Source: a virus
Taxonomy: Duplodnaviria; Caudoviricetes
Reading direction: 5' to 3' (one strand)
DNA: 64,000 bases
Virus record (IMG/VR): IMGVR_UViG_3300020048_000087
Coordinates: 17,915 to 81,914 of that record
A program made the translations under genes and the position numbers. Positions 21,801 to 31,019 of the stretch are shown here, in pieces (position 1 is the first letter of the stretch; each line of letters starts with the position of its first letter). A model generated the notes under the pieces. The model had not been told where the DNA came from, searched no databases, and was given only the letters and a program-made list of their open reading frames with translations.

Positions 21801-24800
21801 TATTGGAAACATTCGTCTCTAGTTTGATTAATCACCGAACCCATTGAGGGCATTGGGTATATAGTATTACCATCTTTTGAACGAACATACACACTCCAAG
21901 GGATTATACTCAAATCTCGAAATTCATTATGAGGGTCAAATGTTTTTATCCCTGATATTGATGTTGTGTCAACATATTTTAATTCCACACCAAATTTATC
22001 AATACCTGATTGAATTCCCGTATCGGTATAACCACTGAATGGTTCAAACCCTTGATAAAATACGTTGAAATCATTAATTAATTTAGGATAAAACCCCGTA
22101 TTAATTAACGTTGAGGTATCAGCCCCAAACGTACTATTTTTTTCTAAAATAATATCAATAGAACCCCCATCTACAGTTAAAGAATAATCTTTAGTTGTTG
22201 CAGAAGTTATTGGGTCAAAATTAGTTACATAATCAAAGTTTTTCCAAACACTATCTAAAATATCAACACCACTATTAACATATTTCTTATAACGATGCCA
22301 TACTGAACCCAACTTAACAATCCAAGCATAAGGTAAATTATGTAACGCCCCAAATTTCTTTAATGACGCGAAGATATAATCAAGGTCCTCACTAACGCCA
22401 TTATCGTATTTTTTATATTTTTCCCTTAACGTTGACAACGGCAAACTATTTAAGAATAGATAACCGGCCGAAATAAATGGTGTTTTATCATATTTTCTAA
22501 AGTTAGATATTCCCTCTTGAATTGAATTAACAAAATATGGGGTATTAAACATAGATATTGTCTGATTAGGACTAACATAACCACTATAATTAAAATAATT
22601 TAAATTACCTTCAGTTATTAATTGTTTATCCGGCGTTCTTGAATCATAAAATTCTTTTAAAGTTGCACTATCTTCAGGAGCCGGAGTTATAATAGGTTCC
22701 GCAAGATAAACAAAATTAGTTATAGGATTTCGAGTTAAACCATCACCAAAATTAGAAATAACTTTTAGTTCTTTATTAAAAGTTAATACTTTAGTCGTAT
22801 TAAATGCGTCTTTACTCTTTGAGAATGTTGCACTACTCGATAAATAATTTTTACACCAATCAGTATCGGTAAATGGATAAGTATCTAAAATATCAAAAAC
22901 ATTACTTTTAGTTGAACCTGTTAAATAATCCAACAAATCATCTTCTTTAGATAAACTTGTTAATGGTTTTGATAACGAGTTTAGTATAACGGCAGTATCT
23001 AAAAATATAAAATTATCCGAGATTGATAATTGATTCAAATACGGTGTATTATAAATTCCTCTAATATAATTCTGCCAACTAACCCCAACACCTTGATTTG
23101 AGATATGTTCTAAGACTTTTACAAAATTCTGAGAACTTAATGAATATTCTTTTAATTTTTTAATTAAGAATGGATTTTCGTCACCTAAACTTTCCATAAT
23201 ATTTTTTAATTCACCCTCAGCAATTAAATTCGCCATTTTATCAGCACTAGGGGTAAAATTATTAGACCTATTTAACCTAGAATTATACGACATTGATAAA
23301 ATCCTTTCAAATAACTCATAAAAAAACTTCACCTCTTCTTTATTCTGATAAACGGTATTCGATATTGGAAATTCGATAGCATTTAAACTAATTCTTTTAA
23401 CATCGGTAACCTCATTAAACTTAGGGGTCGCTAATTGAGGTTCAACCGCTCTTAACGTATAACCTTTTAAAAATTCTTCAACAAATTCTATTTCAGGCCA
23501 AACATTTAATAAATTACCATTAGTGTCACCTATTACATCTTTATCCCCAGGATACTTAAATTCAAATTTTTCGTGACCATCTTCACCACTTGTTGCAACC
23601 ATATATGTCGGCCAAGGATAAACGGGTAATAATTCATTAACACCTGAACTAATATTATCAGGACTTGCATTTGAAATTGTTTTATTAAAAATTGGTTTTT
23701 GTCTTAAAGGGTTTAATCTCTCATCCCAAGCGTCGGAATGTACATTATCCATTAACCTTAAAAACCCCTCCCCATTTGCGAATACCACCGCTAGTACATT
23801 TCTAATTGACGGAACAAATCCAATACCATTATCACTACTTTGTAGTAATTTAGCCAAAGCCTCAGTTAATTCTTCTTGGATTTTTTCTCTCCATTTTTTA
23901 ACATCGGCCGCCATTTTTTCAATACCATCGTTAAAACTATTTTTACCTTCAAAATAAAACCAATCAAATTTTTGTTCAGTTTTACCATCTTTTACCACAA
24001 TAGTTTGGTCATTTAAATATTTTTTTTCAAGTAGTTCAATTTTAAACGCAGCTAACACCGCATCATCATTGGTCGCAACACCTTTTATTTGTTTATAAGT
24101 CTCTTTAACATTAAGTTGTTCATCAGTAAATGAAATTTTAAAAACATCATCTTTAATCTCAAAAGGAATACTAGAATTTGTCGTTTTACCATCAATAGTG
24201 TATTTACCATCAATACCTAAAGTTTCATTTTCCGTTAAAATTTTACGATATTCCTGAACTATAGATTCTAATTTAGTTATTGCGTTGGCTCTATCTGTTG
24301 GTGTTTTAATTTCAGGTTTAAACGTATAAACTTTAAACTTACCCCCTAAATTATTTTGAGATATAGAATTCAATTCATTATATTTTTCAAGATTTCCAGG
24401 TGGGACAATTTTATTCCCACTAGCATCAAGAACCGTTAAACTCTCCTTTAAACTTGAAACTGAACCCAAATTTGGGTCATCAATAATTAAAAAATTAATA
24501 TTATCTAAATTTGTTGTAAACCAAGACGTTAATTCCATATACGTCTTACTTTTAAACTCATTAAGTTTTTTTTGATATAAATCTACATTGGTTAAGGCGT
24601 CTAAATTTTGTTTACTAAACGAATCTAAAATATTTTTAACAAAATTTTCAAGATTGTTCTTTAATCGAGATAGCGTTAATTCAGGAAAATCATCAGGTAT
24701 TAAACCTTTAGTTTTATATTCAGTATAAACTTCTTTAACTTTTTGAAATCCTCGAGTCGCTGTCACATCAGTCACATTTGTTAAATTACCGGGGGCCCCT

Positions 24801-25588
24801 GTTGTTGTTTTAACCGATATTCTTGAGGTATACATATGTGGAACCGCCAATAAATACCCCATAGACACCTCAGCAATTGCACTAAACTGATATGTATGGA
24901 ATACTAACTCAATAACAAAATTACTTGAGTTTGAGTCATAACGAGCGTTAAATGACCTTAACAATAATTTATATTTTATCGCTTTACCATAATAACCTTT
25001 AACCGTTAATTCAAACAAAGGATAAGGCATATTAAAAAAGGCCGCGTAAGGTGAATTATTACCCGCTTCAAATAACGCTCTCCCTTTAACATCAACTAAA
25101 GTCACATTAAAAGTCGGCATAAAGTCCAAACCTTGTCGAATCGTAATATTAGTAATCCCCAACAACCCATTATCAGTTGCCTTTGCCTCACCATTTGACG
25201 TAATACTTGACCTTAAATAAACATCATCAGCAACATTCGGATTTTTAACCGATGTTTGTTTAGGTTGATTAACCCCTTTACCTTGTAAAGAATTTGCACC
25301 TGTTATTTCATCGGTATAACTATTATCCAAAAATTCTTTCCCACCGGGTTTAATAAAATTAATTGACGCTATTGATAAATTCTGAACCCTATCATTACCC
25401 GCAACACCGGCAGCCAATTTAGTTCTAGGTAACAATTTACACTCTAAATTAGCGTACATCACCAAATTTTCCTGACTTACATATCGTTCTTTACCTTTAC
25501 CATCATCACCTAAAACTTTATTAGGGTCAACGATTATAATGTTGTTGTAGTCAAAATCGACTAATATGTTTTCTGTTTTATCTACCAT
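18866..25588 (-). CDS. Giant baseplate hub-like protein (gp27/gpD-type N- and C-terminal elements), 2240 aa
   Basis: N-terminal LGITNITIRQ...FNVTLVDVKGRAL. C-terminal YTCTISMMGNALIQPTMYFNL...GPYMITSVNHTI...FETIIEG is the typical hub end. Follows the gp53-like gene. Confidence 0.65.
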   Translation of the reverse strand: MVDKTENILVDFDYNNIIIVDPNKVLGDDGKGKERYVSQENLVMYANLECKLLPRTKLAAGVAGNDRVQNLSIASINFIKPGGKEFLDNSYTDEITGANSLQGKGVNQPKQTSVKNPNVADDVYLRSSITSNGEAKATDNGLLGITNITIRQGLDFMPTFNVTLVDVKGRALFEAGNNSPYAAFFNMPYPLFELTVKGYYGKAIKYKLLLRSFNARYDSNSSNFVIELVFHTYQFSAIAEVSMGYLLAVPHMYTSRISVKTTTGAPGNLTNVTDVTATRGFQKVKEVYTEYKTKGLIPDDFPELTLSRLKNNLENFVKNILDSFSKQNLDALTNVDLYQKKLNEFKSKTYMELTSWFTTNLDNINFLIIDDPNLGSVSSLKESLTVLDASGNKIVPPGNLEKYNELNSISQNNLGGKFKVYTFKPEIKTPTDRANAITKLESIVQEYRKILTENETLGIDGKYTIDGKTTNSSIPFEIKDDVFKISFTDEQLNVKETYKQIKGVATNDDAVLAAFKIELLEKKYLNDQTIVVKDGKTEQKFDWFYFEGKNSFNDGIEKMAADVKKWREKIQEELTEALAKLLQSSDNGIGFVPSIRNVLAVVFANGEGFLRLMDNVHSDAWDERLNPLRQKPIFNKTISNASPDNISSGVNELLPVYPWPTYMVATSGEDGHEKFEFKYPGDKDVIGDTNGNLLNVWPEIEFVEEFLKGYTLRAVEPQLATPKFNEVTDVKRISLNAIEFPISNTVYQNKEEVKFFYELFERILSMSYNSRLNRSNNFTPSADKMANLIAEGELKNIMESLGDENPFLIKKLKEYSLSSQNFVKVLEHISNQGVGVSWQNYIRGIYNTPYLNQLSISDNFIFLDTAVILNSLSKPLTSLSKEDDLLDYLTGSTKSNVFDILDTYPFTDTDWCKNYLSSSATFSKSKDAFNTTKVLTFNKELKVISNFGDGLTRNPITNFVYLAEPIITPAPEDSATLKEFYDSRTPDKQLITEGNLNYFNYSGYVSPNQTISMFNTPYFVNSIQEGISNFRKYDKTPFISAGYLFLNSLPLSTLREKYKKYDNGVSEDLDYIFASLKKFGALHNLPYAWIVKLGSVWHRYKKYVNSGVDILDSVWKNFDYVTNFDPITSATTKDYSLTVDGGSIDIILEKNSTFGADTSTLINTGFYPKLINDFNVFYQGFEPFSGYTDTGIQSGIDKFGVELKYVDTTSISGIKTFDPHNEFRDLSIIPWSVYVRSKDGNTIYPMPSMGSVINQTRDECFQYEDLRIEVTGNTSMYNGSVRTFWAAPTYGYFNSGKVMKPNPTQYLKEILTGSTVQPNFSIKGNVTKYSDISEMFSVFETNILDMFETKFLDFCKSKYDIDEKVDYGWNFQKLMGDMMKTPKQTGDTSSDIVEKIQKEQMTNINNVLKKFITSSVYIKYGNPSNFDKRLFYTFSNYSLTDSYTWEKYESVTPNALPSYGGSVTLASSKVSYPNEWKALETYVGYSEIGPLMYGNNGSYITDFFLDFNVAFTEYNIKTFAPIIKVYATQKLTETVSNTSLPPSTQNKNSTAILQDGNTIEIFLGPGPKKTAVLFGPNNVFIDSIPSAYQQNDLVLFDELIISHYGPLGIQENPIVSKKIRSKKLIKQPVPKSNFNETNFRGLMDDYVISSSSFLDKALNNLMLRLQVSLPNVNNTPQQIVDSVLESSQGKLDHWSSFKSLNDKWIAGADVSNKTFFEDVLLMDRASRNIGDKIIVDIYKLKANLDSLFGDGAKGDMLGFVKTILSDNNFVVMDLPAYVNFYNVQDAVKNANPRPEGTLEFANTLFGTFMNADTRASSAKMVCFYGGKGSEQLDIKNVDFKFRDDAFDIRKSSDNPLLENQMGKTDWDKSNKVVGFNVDIGPQNQSIFYGFNVGQQNGKPTAESLEVENMMANQANGKSSATQNISLFNIYKNRSYTCTISMMGNALIQPTMYFNLRHVPMFQGPYMITSVNHTIGPGVFETIIEGIRQPTASLPKLGNYIQSLKTNLLASIVEKNKQKQDADPIKTMANSVGGTSQNQAENAVASTSKDGTLENSNSCSELLSDKYKKYTPVDTPELTNVNTKDLVTKIMSRMVSANVTDDNKLKYVVFASILLSSNGNGFSNNLSGVDLSRDWGPIDSFEKSYYCMKRGGTTLLPYAVFSSVDKNIDMLISRYEKRMSKVIANSSGQLSPSIAEFWFLNRLPNDGSVQVTDWMSMSTTDRDNIIGKVESSINLFNSANV

Positions 25589-25904
25589 AATAAAAGAAAT
25601 GAGTTTCTAACTGAGAGTTATAATCCTGTAATGAAGCTACTAAAGGAAAAGGAATTGTCAATATAGAACCATCAGAAATGTTCCATTCTTGTCCACCATA
25701 CTTAGGATTCGCAGCCAATACCAACCATCCAAAATAAGGTGTGTTATAATATTGTTGAGATATTTTATCAAGTCTTGATTGTCCTACCTTATAAATGTAT
25801 CGTTTATCAGTACTTTTACTTGGCAAATCAACATAAGGGACAACGGTTTGTTCTCCATTTATAACAAATTTATTATATCTATTATAATATTGTTTTCCAC
25901 TCAT
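25578..25904 (-). CDS. LysM-like baseplate protein (T4 gp53 / tail X-like)
   Basis: YIYKVGQSRLDKISQQYYNTPYFGWLVLAANP LysM-type signature; located between the tube initiator and the hub. Confidence 0.8.
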   Translation of the reverse strand: MSGKQYYNRYNKFVINGEQTVVPYVDLPSKSTDKRYIYKVGQSRLDKISQQYYNTPYFGWLVLAANPKYGGQEWNISDGSILTIPFPLVASLQDYNSQLETHFFYYGR

Positions 25905-25906
25905 TT

Positions 25907-28900
25907 TTAATTAAATTTAATTTTACCATCAAAGGTATCTAAGTCACTTATTAGTGACGGGTCACCTTTATATAAATTAGTTATTTCTGTTTTTTGTTGA
26001 CTTTCTTTCGCAGCATCAGGAACCGTAGTAAAATTAAAAACCCTTGATTTACCTTTCTTGTATAAAAGTTCCTCAATACCATCAGTAAATTTTAAAAAAT
26101 CAGAATTTTTCTTAAATTTTTCAAAGGCCTTTTCTTCCGCCTTTATTTCTTTAGTATAGTCGGACGCTAAATCATCCACAACATTCTCAAAAACTCTTTT
26201 AAGTTTTTTATTTGCCGTTGTAATATTTTGAGTTAAAACCGAACTATTAAACTCAGTCACTTTATTTTTATCGGTAAATAATCTACCAATAACCATAAAG
26301 AAAGTTTGATTTTCTTGACCACCATCTAATTTAAATGGTGTGAATTCACCCATCGCAACAACTTTTGGTGGTAATATTGGTGGTCCATCCCTATCATCGG
26401 ATAATACTGTTAAATAACTTTCTAATTGAATATACACATTTGTAAAATCCCCCGTTAACTCATCATAAGTATTAGCATAAACTGTGTTAGTACCTGTTGG
26501 TGATGATTTATCGGTTTCAGTTAGACTATATATCTTAATTGAACCACTATCCCCAATTTTACCATCAGTTTTTGAATTAATAACATTAACTTTTCTAATG
26601 TTCTGAATATATTCGACTTGTTGTTGACCTAATTTAGTATTAACAATACCATTTAAACTATTTAACATATCATTCTTAACTCTAAGAAGATAACGTGTTA
26701 AATTACTACGTAAAACACTTAAAGTGTTAGGGTCATTAATGTCTTTTTTCAAAAGCTTAGCAATAATCGGATTTGTCCCACTTTCAATATCATCAATCGC
26801 CTTTTTGAATAATAAATCTAATGATTGTGCCAAATCAATTGGTTTACCAAAAATTTGAGTTGCGTTATTGGTTGGGAGTGGACCAGTTTTAACGGTTCCT
26901 TTAAAGTATTGTCGTTTATCACTTATCGTTTGTAAAATACCATAATTAGTTTGTGTAACTATCTCGTTTAAAGAGTTATATGTGTTATTAAAATATGTTT
27001 TACTATCATCCAATAATTTATCCATAATTTTCATATAACTAATCTCACCGGTTTCACCACTCGTTACAATTGTTGTTGTTTTTATCTCACCAATAGTTGA
27101 CCCAGCATCGTTAGTTTGTTGTACAGCATCTGAATTATCAACAGTAACAGGGGGTTGTTGAGCAACTATCGCATCAACTACCATTTTATCTAAAACTGAC
27201 GTATCTTCAGTCCAAGTTGCTCTTTCGTCATATATTTCAGTATTACCATAATAATTGAATGATAATGCGTTTTGTAATTGTTCTACAGGTTTCGCTAACC
27301 CCATACCACCAATTATCTTAAAACTTAAAGTTACTTTAGCAATCATTGGTTGGAGACCAATACCTTCCGGGTTCATATCAAGGACTAACGGGTCATAAGA
27401 GAAACTAAGAGCTTCAGGGATTATTTTAGTGTGATAGAAGTCACCAATTCTTAAAACTAAGACAGGTGGAGCACCAAATGATGTGTTAAATGCGTCAGAA
27501 ACTTTTGGTTTACCATCACTACCAATAATTGGTATTGTTTCACCAGGTCTAACACATTGATTTAAGAATGTTAAACGAGCATTTAAACCTTCAGGTGTCA
27601 TCGAGTGGAATGCCGGATTAAAATATTTAATCTTTTCTTTAATAGAATTATACAACATCGGTGATTTCTCTTCAATAACTTCAAAATAATCACATTCCGA
27701 TAATAAATTTCTTAATATTTTTTTAGAAATCCCTTCTTTAATTTTTTGTACTATAGATTTTGTTGGTTCAGGTCGTTTAATCGGTAATGTCTCAGTACTA
27801 CCATTAGTATTCGTAACCACAACATCTGGTTTTAACGTTGTTGGTGGAGCTTGTGGCGTTGGTTTAACCGTTATAGTTTTTACCTTAACCCTACGACAAG
27901 CCATCGCATTTGTCGCATAGACTTCATAAATTGATTTAGTCATTTTTGGACCAGGAAAATCAGATTTAAGGTTAACCGTACAATCAACATCACTTCCCGT
28001 ACCTGAATCTTCTTTCCCTTCAACTACTTTACCATCAGCACCTAACTCTTTCCCCATTTTAGGTATAACAGTATTCTCACCCGTTCCTTTAGTATTAATA
28101 ATTTTAATTTTACCATCGGCAAAAAACTTTTCTAAGGTTTTATCCCCCATAGGTTGACTCTTTAAAAAAGAAGTAATAGCGTCAATACGTCTTTCAGATA
28201 ATTGTTTGTTATAAGCCGGACTAGCAACTGCCGATGCTGAACCTTCTAATTCGATAGTTATTGTTCCTAAACCTTTACTTAAAATATCATAAGCATCAGT
28301 AATGAAATTTTTATCACCACCAGCAAATTTATTGTAATTAGTTTTGACAATCCTATCAAAGAATGATTTAACATTTCTATTAACATTCCCATCTTTAAAC
28401 GCTGATTCCGCATTTTTAACATATTTTTCAATATTACTATCACTAATGTAAGAATCATAAGTTCCTTGGTATTTGGTATTACTTACAGAAGTACCCGCCT
28501 TACCCGGTATGTCATTATCAAAATAAAATGCGAAATCAAGGTATTCATTTTCAAACGCCTGAATTGAAGAATCCGGAACAACTTCTTTCTTAGAATTACC
28601 TCCAACTTCCCCTTTAGTCCCTGTAGAATTATCTTTAGGTATTTCTTGAATAATTTGACCAACAATCTCCTCATTAGTTAATTGTGGATTACTTAATATT
28701 TCCTGATATGTATACAAATCCTTAGTTGGAATCGTATTAAACTTTATTGCTAATTTATATATGTCAAATTTCACACAACCCGCAAAAAACGAGTCAATGA
28801 TTGAATCTATACGTTCTTTTGTTTGACCCTTTAATTGTTTTTCAACCACAGTATTCATAACCGATGGGTGGTCAACTATTATTTTCCAAGATAAATTACC

Positions 28901-30985
28901 ACTTCTACTAGTTTCTTTATAAGTATAAATTGGTTCAGGTCTACCTAAGAAACTTGTTGAATTCCACATTGCTTGACTTGAATCTGAAAATTGTAAATCA
29001 TATGGTGGGAACCACATAACTCTACCCCCATTCGGTCCTTTCTCACAAACAGGTAACTCATCATAAGTATAACCCGGTCTACTTGATGTTCTCCAAGCTA
29101 AATTCTCTATTGAGAACATATATTTTTTAGCATACCCTCCTTTACCTCCGGCATCACCTGAAATAATATTCGTTGACCCAGGATTTTTAAGAGGGGCAAT
29201 ATTAAGATTATAAGTATTATCTAAAACAGAGTTAGTGAATCTTCTACCATCCGTAGTTATACCATCCGTCTTTTGTAAATCAGCATAAGTGTAATAAGGA
29301 GTATCTTTCGTAAATACACGACAATACTCAATACCTTTTTCACCACCGGTAGTATCATCTTTATATGATACCACTTGTGAACCTTTAGTCATTTCTTTAT
29401 AACCATCATTGAATACTTTACTAACTTGATTCATTGCGTTACCGACGTGTTTCAATCGACTAACTCCAGAAACGTTATCCGCAGAATCAATAATTCTCTG
29501 AGTATTATCTAATATAGAATTCTCTTTAAAGGTTAGACTTGTCGATTCACCCTTATTATATTGACTACTAATAGAACTAAACCCTTCATCGCTACTACCT
29601 GTACCACCTCCCGGTGTTGCGTGGAGTCCGGCCGCGGATTTGTATTTTGGTGAAGTCCAAATAAAACCACCATCAGTACCACCACCATCACTTAATGATT
29701 TACCAGCTAAACCAAAATTTAACTTACCATCATTACCTTCAAATAGAATACCCAATTCAGACGGACCATAAACAGGTGTTTGAACTTGTTCTCCATAAGG
29801 ATTTACAGGTATTTGATTTGGGGGTGAGGTTATTGAACTTGGTTCCGCATTAGTACTACCAACATAATATCCACCCGTTAAAGTACCATTAGGGTTAATT
29901 AAACTAACCGCCAAATTAACGATTGCTTGAGCAACCCCTAAGATACCACCAAAATCTTTTTTATATCCCGGTTGATATCTATTAAAATCTAAATTACTAA
30001 ATAATACAGACCTTTGACCATTACCCGTATTCGCTAAAAATATTTGAGAAGGATTACGTTTCTTATTTAATATAGGCCCTAAAAACCCACCCGTTAATTG
30101 ATTAATAACGTTTAAAGCGTTTGAGGTTTGTTGTGTTTGTTGACCACCTTTAGTATTTTCGTCAAAATAATCACCAGGTATAAACGATACGGGCCAATAA
30201 GCTCCCGAGATACGTGTGGCAAAATCGAACGCCGCTACTACAGGTGATTCAGGAACCGTTATCCTCCAATTACGATATATAAGGGGTTCTTTACCTGTAA
30301 CCAATAAACTAGCTTCAAAAGGGTCCGATAATGATTCTAAATTAACCTTACCAATTGTTGCTTGATATATCTCAGCATTAATTCTTTCTTTAAATAAGAA
30401 ATTTAATTGTTTAGCTCCTAATTTAGCGATAAACGAATCTTGAGACAATGAACCATCACTACCTGTTGGATTGTCAGATAATAATATATCATATGGTGTA
30501 TAAATTGAAGGTACGAATGTTGAAATGCCATAAGGTAGAAAGTAATGTGAGTTATTACTAGTTTCCCCAACATTATAAACGTTGGTATAACCACCATTAG
30601 GTATAAACAAATTTTTAAGTGCCGGTGAGGTAACCGATTTATTTAAATATAAATCGTTACTTAATAATAACGTACTTTGATTTGGGGAATAGGGTCCTTG
30701 ATTTGGTTTGATAGGTAATAGAGGTCCATTATAGGTTATATTAATATTATACCCACCGTTTGGACCATAGGCATTTAACGGATACGCTTTTTTAGCGTAC
30801 GGGTCATTCGCAATTAAATCATTAGGTGAATCAACCACCGGGAATTGTGATAATACAACTTCATAATTTAATGGTCCTGAAGGTGGTGTATAACCACCAA
30901 TAACACTATACGTTGATAGGTTTTTGGCCATCAACGCATTTCTAAAAGATGAGGTTGAAGCAAATGATAATGTACTATTCGGCAT
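25907..30985 (-). CDS. Large tube-initiator-like baseplate protein (gp48/gp54-type) with an inserted OmpA-C-like domain, 1692 aa
   Basis: WFPPYDLQFSDS...FLGRPEPIYTY and PPVLVLRIGDFYHTKII...LSFSY tube-fold segments flank GSASAVASPAYNKQLSERR (OmpA-like). Directly after the tape measure. Confidence 0.6.
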   Translation of the reverse strand: MPNSTLSFASTSSFRNALMAKNLSTYSVIGGYTPPSGPLNYEVVLSQFPVVDSPNDLIANDPYAKKAYPLNAYGPNGGYNINITYNGPLLPIKPNQGPYSPNQSTLLLSNDLYLNKSVTSPALKNLFIPNGGYTNVYNVGETSNNSHYFLPYGISTFVPSIYTPYDILLSDNPTGSDGSLSQDSFIAKLGAKQLNFLFKERINAEIYQATIGKVNLESLSDPFEASLLVTGKEPLIYRNWRITVPESPVVAAFDFATRISGAYWPVSFIPGDYFDENTKGGQQTQQTSNALNVINQLTGGFLGPILNKKRNPSQIFLANTGNGQRSVLFSNLDFNRYQPGYKKDFGGILGVAQAIVNLAVSLINPNGTLTGGYYVGSTNAEPSSITSPPNQIPVNPYGEQVQTPVYGPSELGILFEGNDGKLNFGLAGKSLSDGGGTDGGFIWTSPKYKSAAGLHATPGGGTGSSDEGFSSISSQYNKGESTSLTFKENSILDNTQRIIDSADNVSGVSRLKHVGNAMNQVSKVFNDGYKEMTKGSQVVSYKDDTTGGEKGIEYCRVFTKDTPYYTYADLQKTDGITTDGRRFTNSVLDNTYNLNIAPLKNPGSTNIISGDAGGKGGYAKKYMFSIENLAWRTSSRPGYTYDELPVCEKGPNGGRVMWFPPYDLQFSDSSQAMWNSTSFLGRPEPIYTYKETSRSGNLSWKIIVDHPSVMNTVVEKQLKGQTKERIDSIIDSFFAGCVKFDIYKLAIKFNTIPTKDLYTYQEILSNPQLTNEEIVGQIIQEIPKDNSTGTKGEVGGNSKKEVVPDSSIQAFENEYLDFAFYFDNDIPGKAGTSVSNTKYQGTYDSYISDSNIEKYVKNAESAFKDGNVNRNVKSFFDRIVKTNYNKFAGGDKNFITDAYDILSKGLGTITIELEGSASAVASPAYNKQLSERRIDAITSFLKSQPMGDKTLEKFFADGKIKIINTKGTGENTVIPKMGKELGADGKVVEGKEDSGTGSDVDCTVNLKSDFPGPKMTKSIYEVYATNAMACRRVKVKTITVKPTPQAPPTTLKPDVVVTNTNGSTETLPIKRPEPTKSIVQKIKEGISKKILRNLLSECDYFEVIEEKSPMLYNSIKEKIKYFNPAFHSMTPEGLNARLTFLNQCVRPGETIPIIGSDGKPKVSDAFNTSFGAPPVLVLRIGDFYHTKIIPEALSFSYDPLVLDMNPEGIGLQPMIAKVTLSFKIIGGMGLAKPVEQLQNALSFNYYGNTEIYDERATWTEDTSVLDKMVVDAIVAQQPPVTVDNSDAVQQTNDAGSTIGEIKTTTIVTSGETGEISYMKIMDKLLDDSKTYFNNTYNSLNEIVTQTNYGILQTISDKRQYFKGTVKTGPLPTNNATQIFGKPIDLAQSLDLLFKKAIDDIESGTNPIIAKLLKKDINDPNTLSVLRSNLTRYLLRVKNDMLNSLNGIVNTKLGQQQVEYIQNIRKVNVINSKTDGKIGDSGSIKIYSLTETDKSSPTGTNTVYANTYDELTGDFTNVYIQLESYLTVLSDDRDGPPILPPKVVAMGEFTPFKLDGGQENQTFFMVIGRLFTDKNKVTEFNSSVLTQNITTANKKLKRVFENVVDDLASDYTKEIKAEEKAFEKFKKNSDFLKFTDGIEELLYKKGKSRVFNFTTVPDAAKESQQKTEITNLYKGDPSLISDLDTFDGKIKFN

Positions 30986-31019
30986 TGTTTATTTAGTTTT
31001 TATATAAATAGAACGTTTA

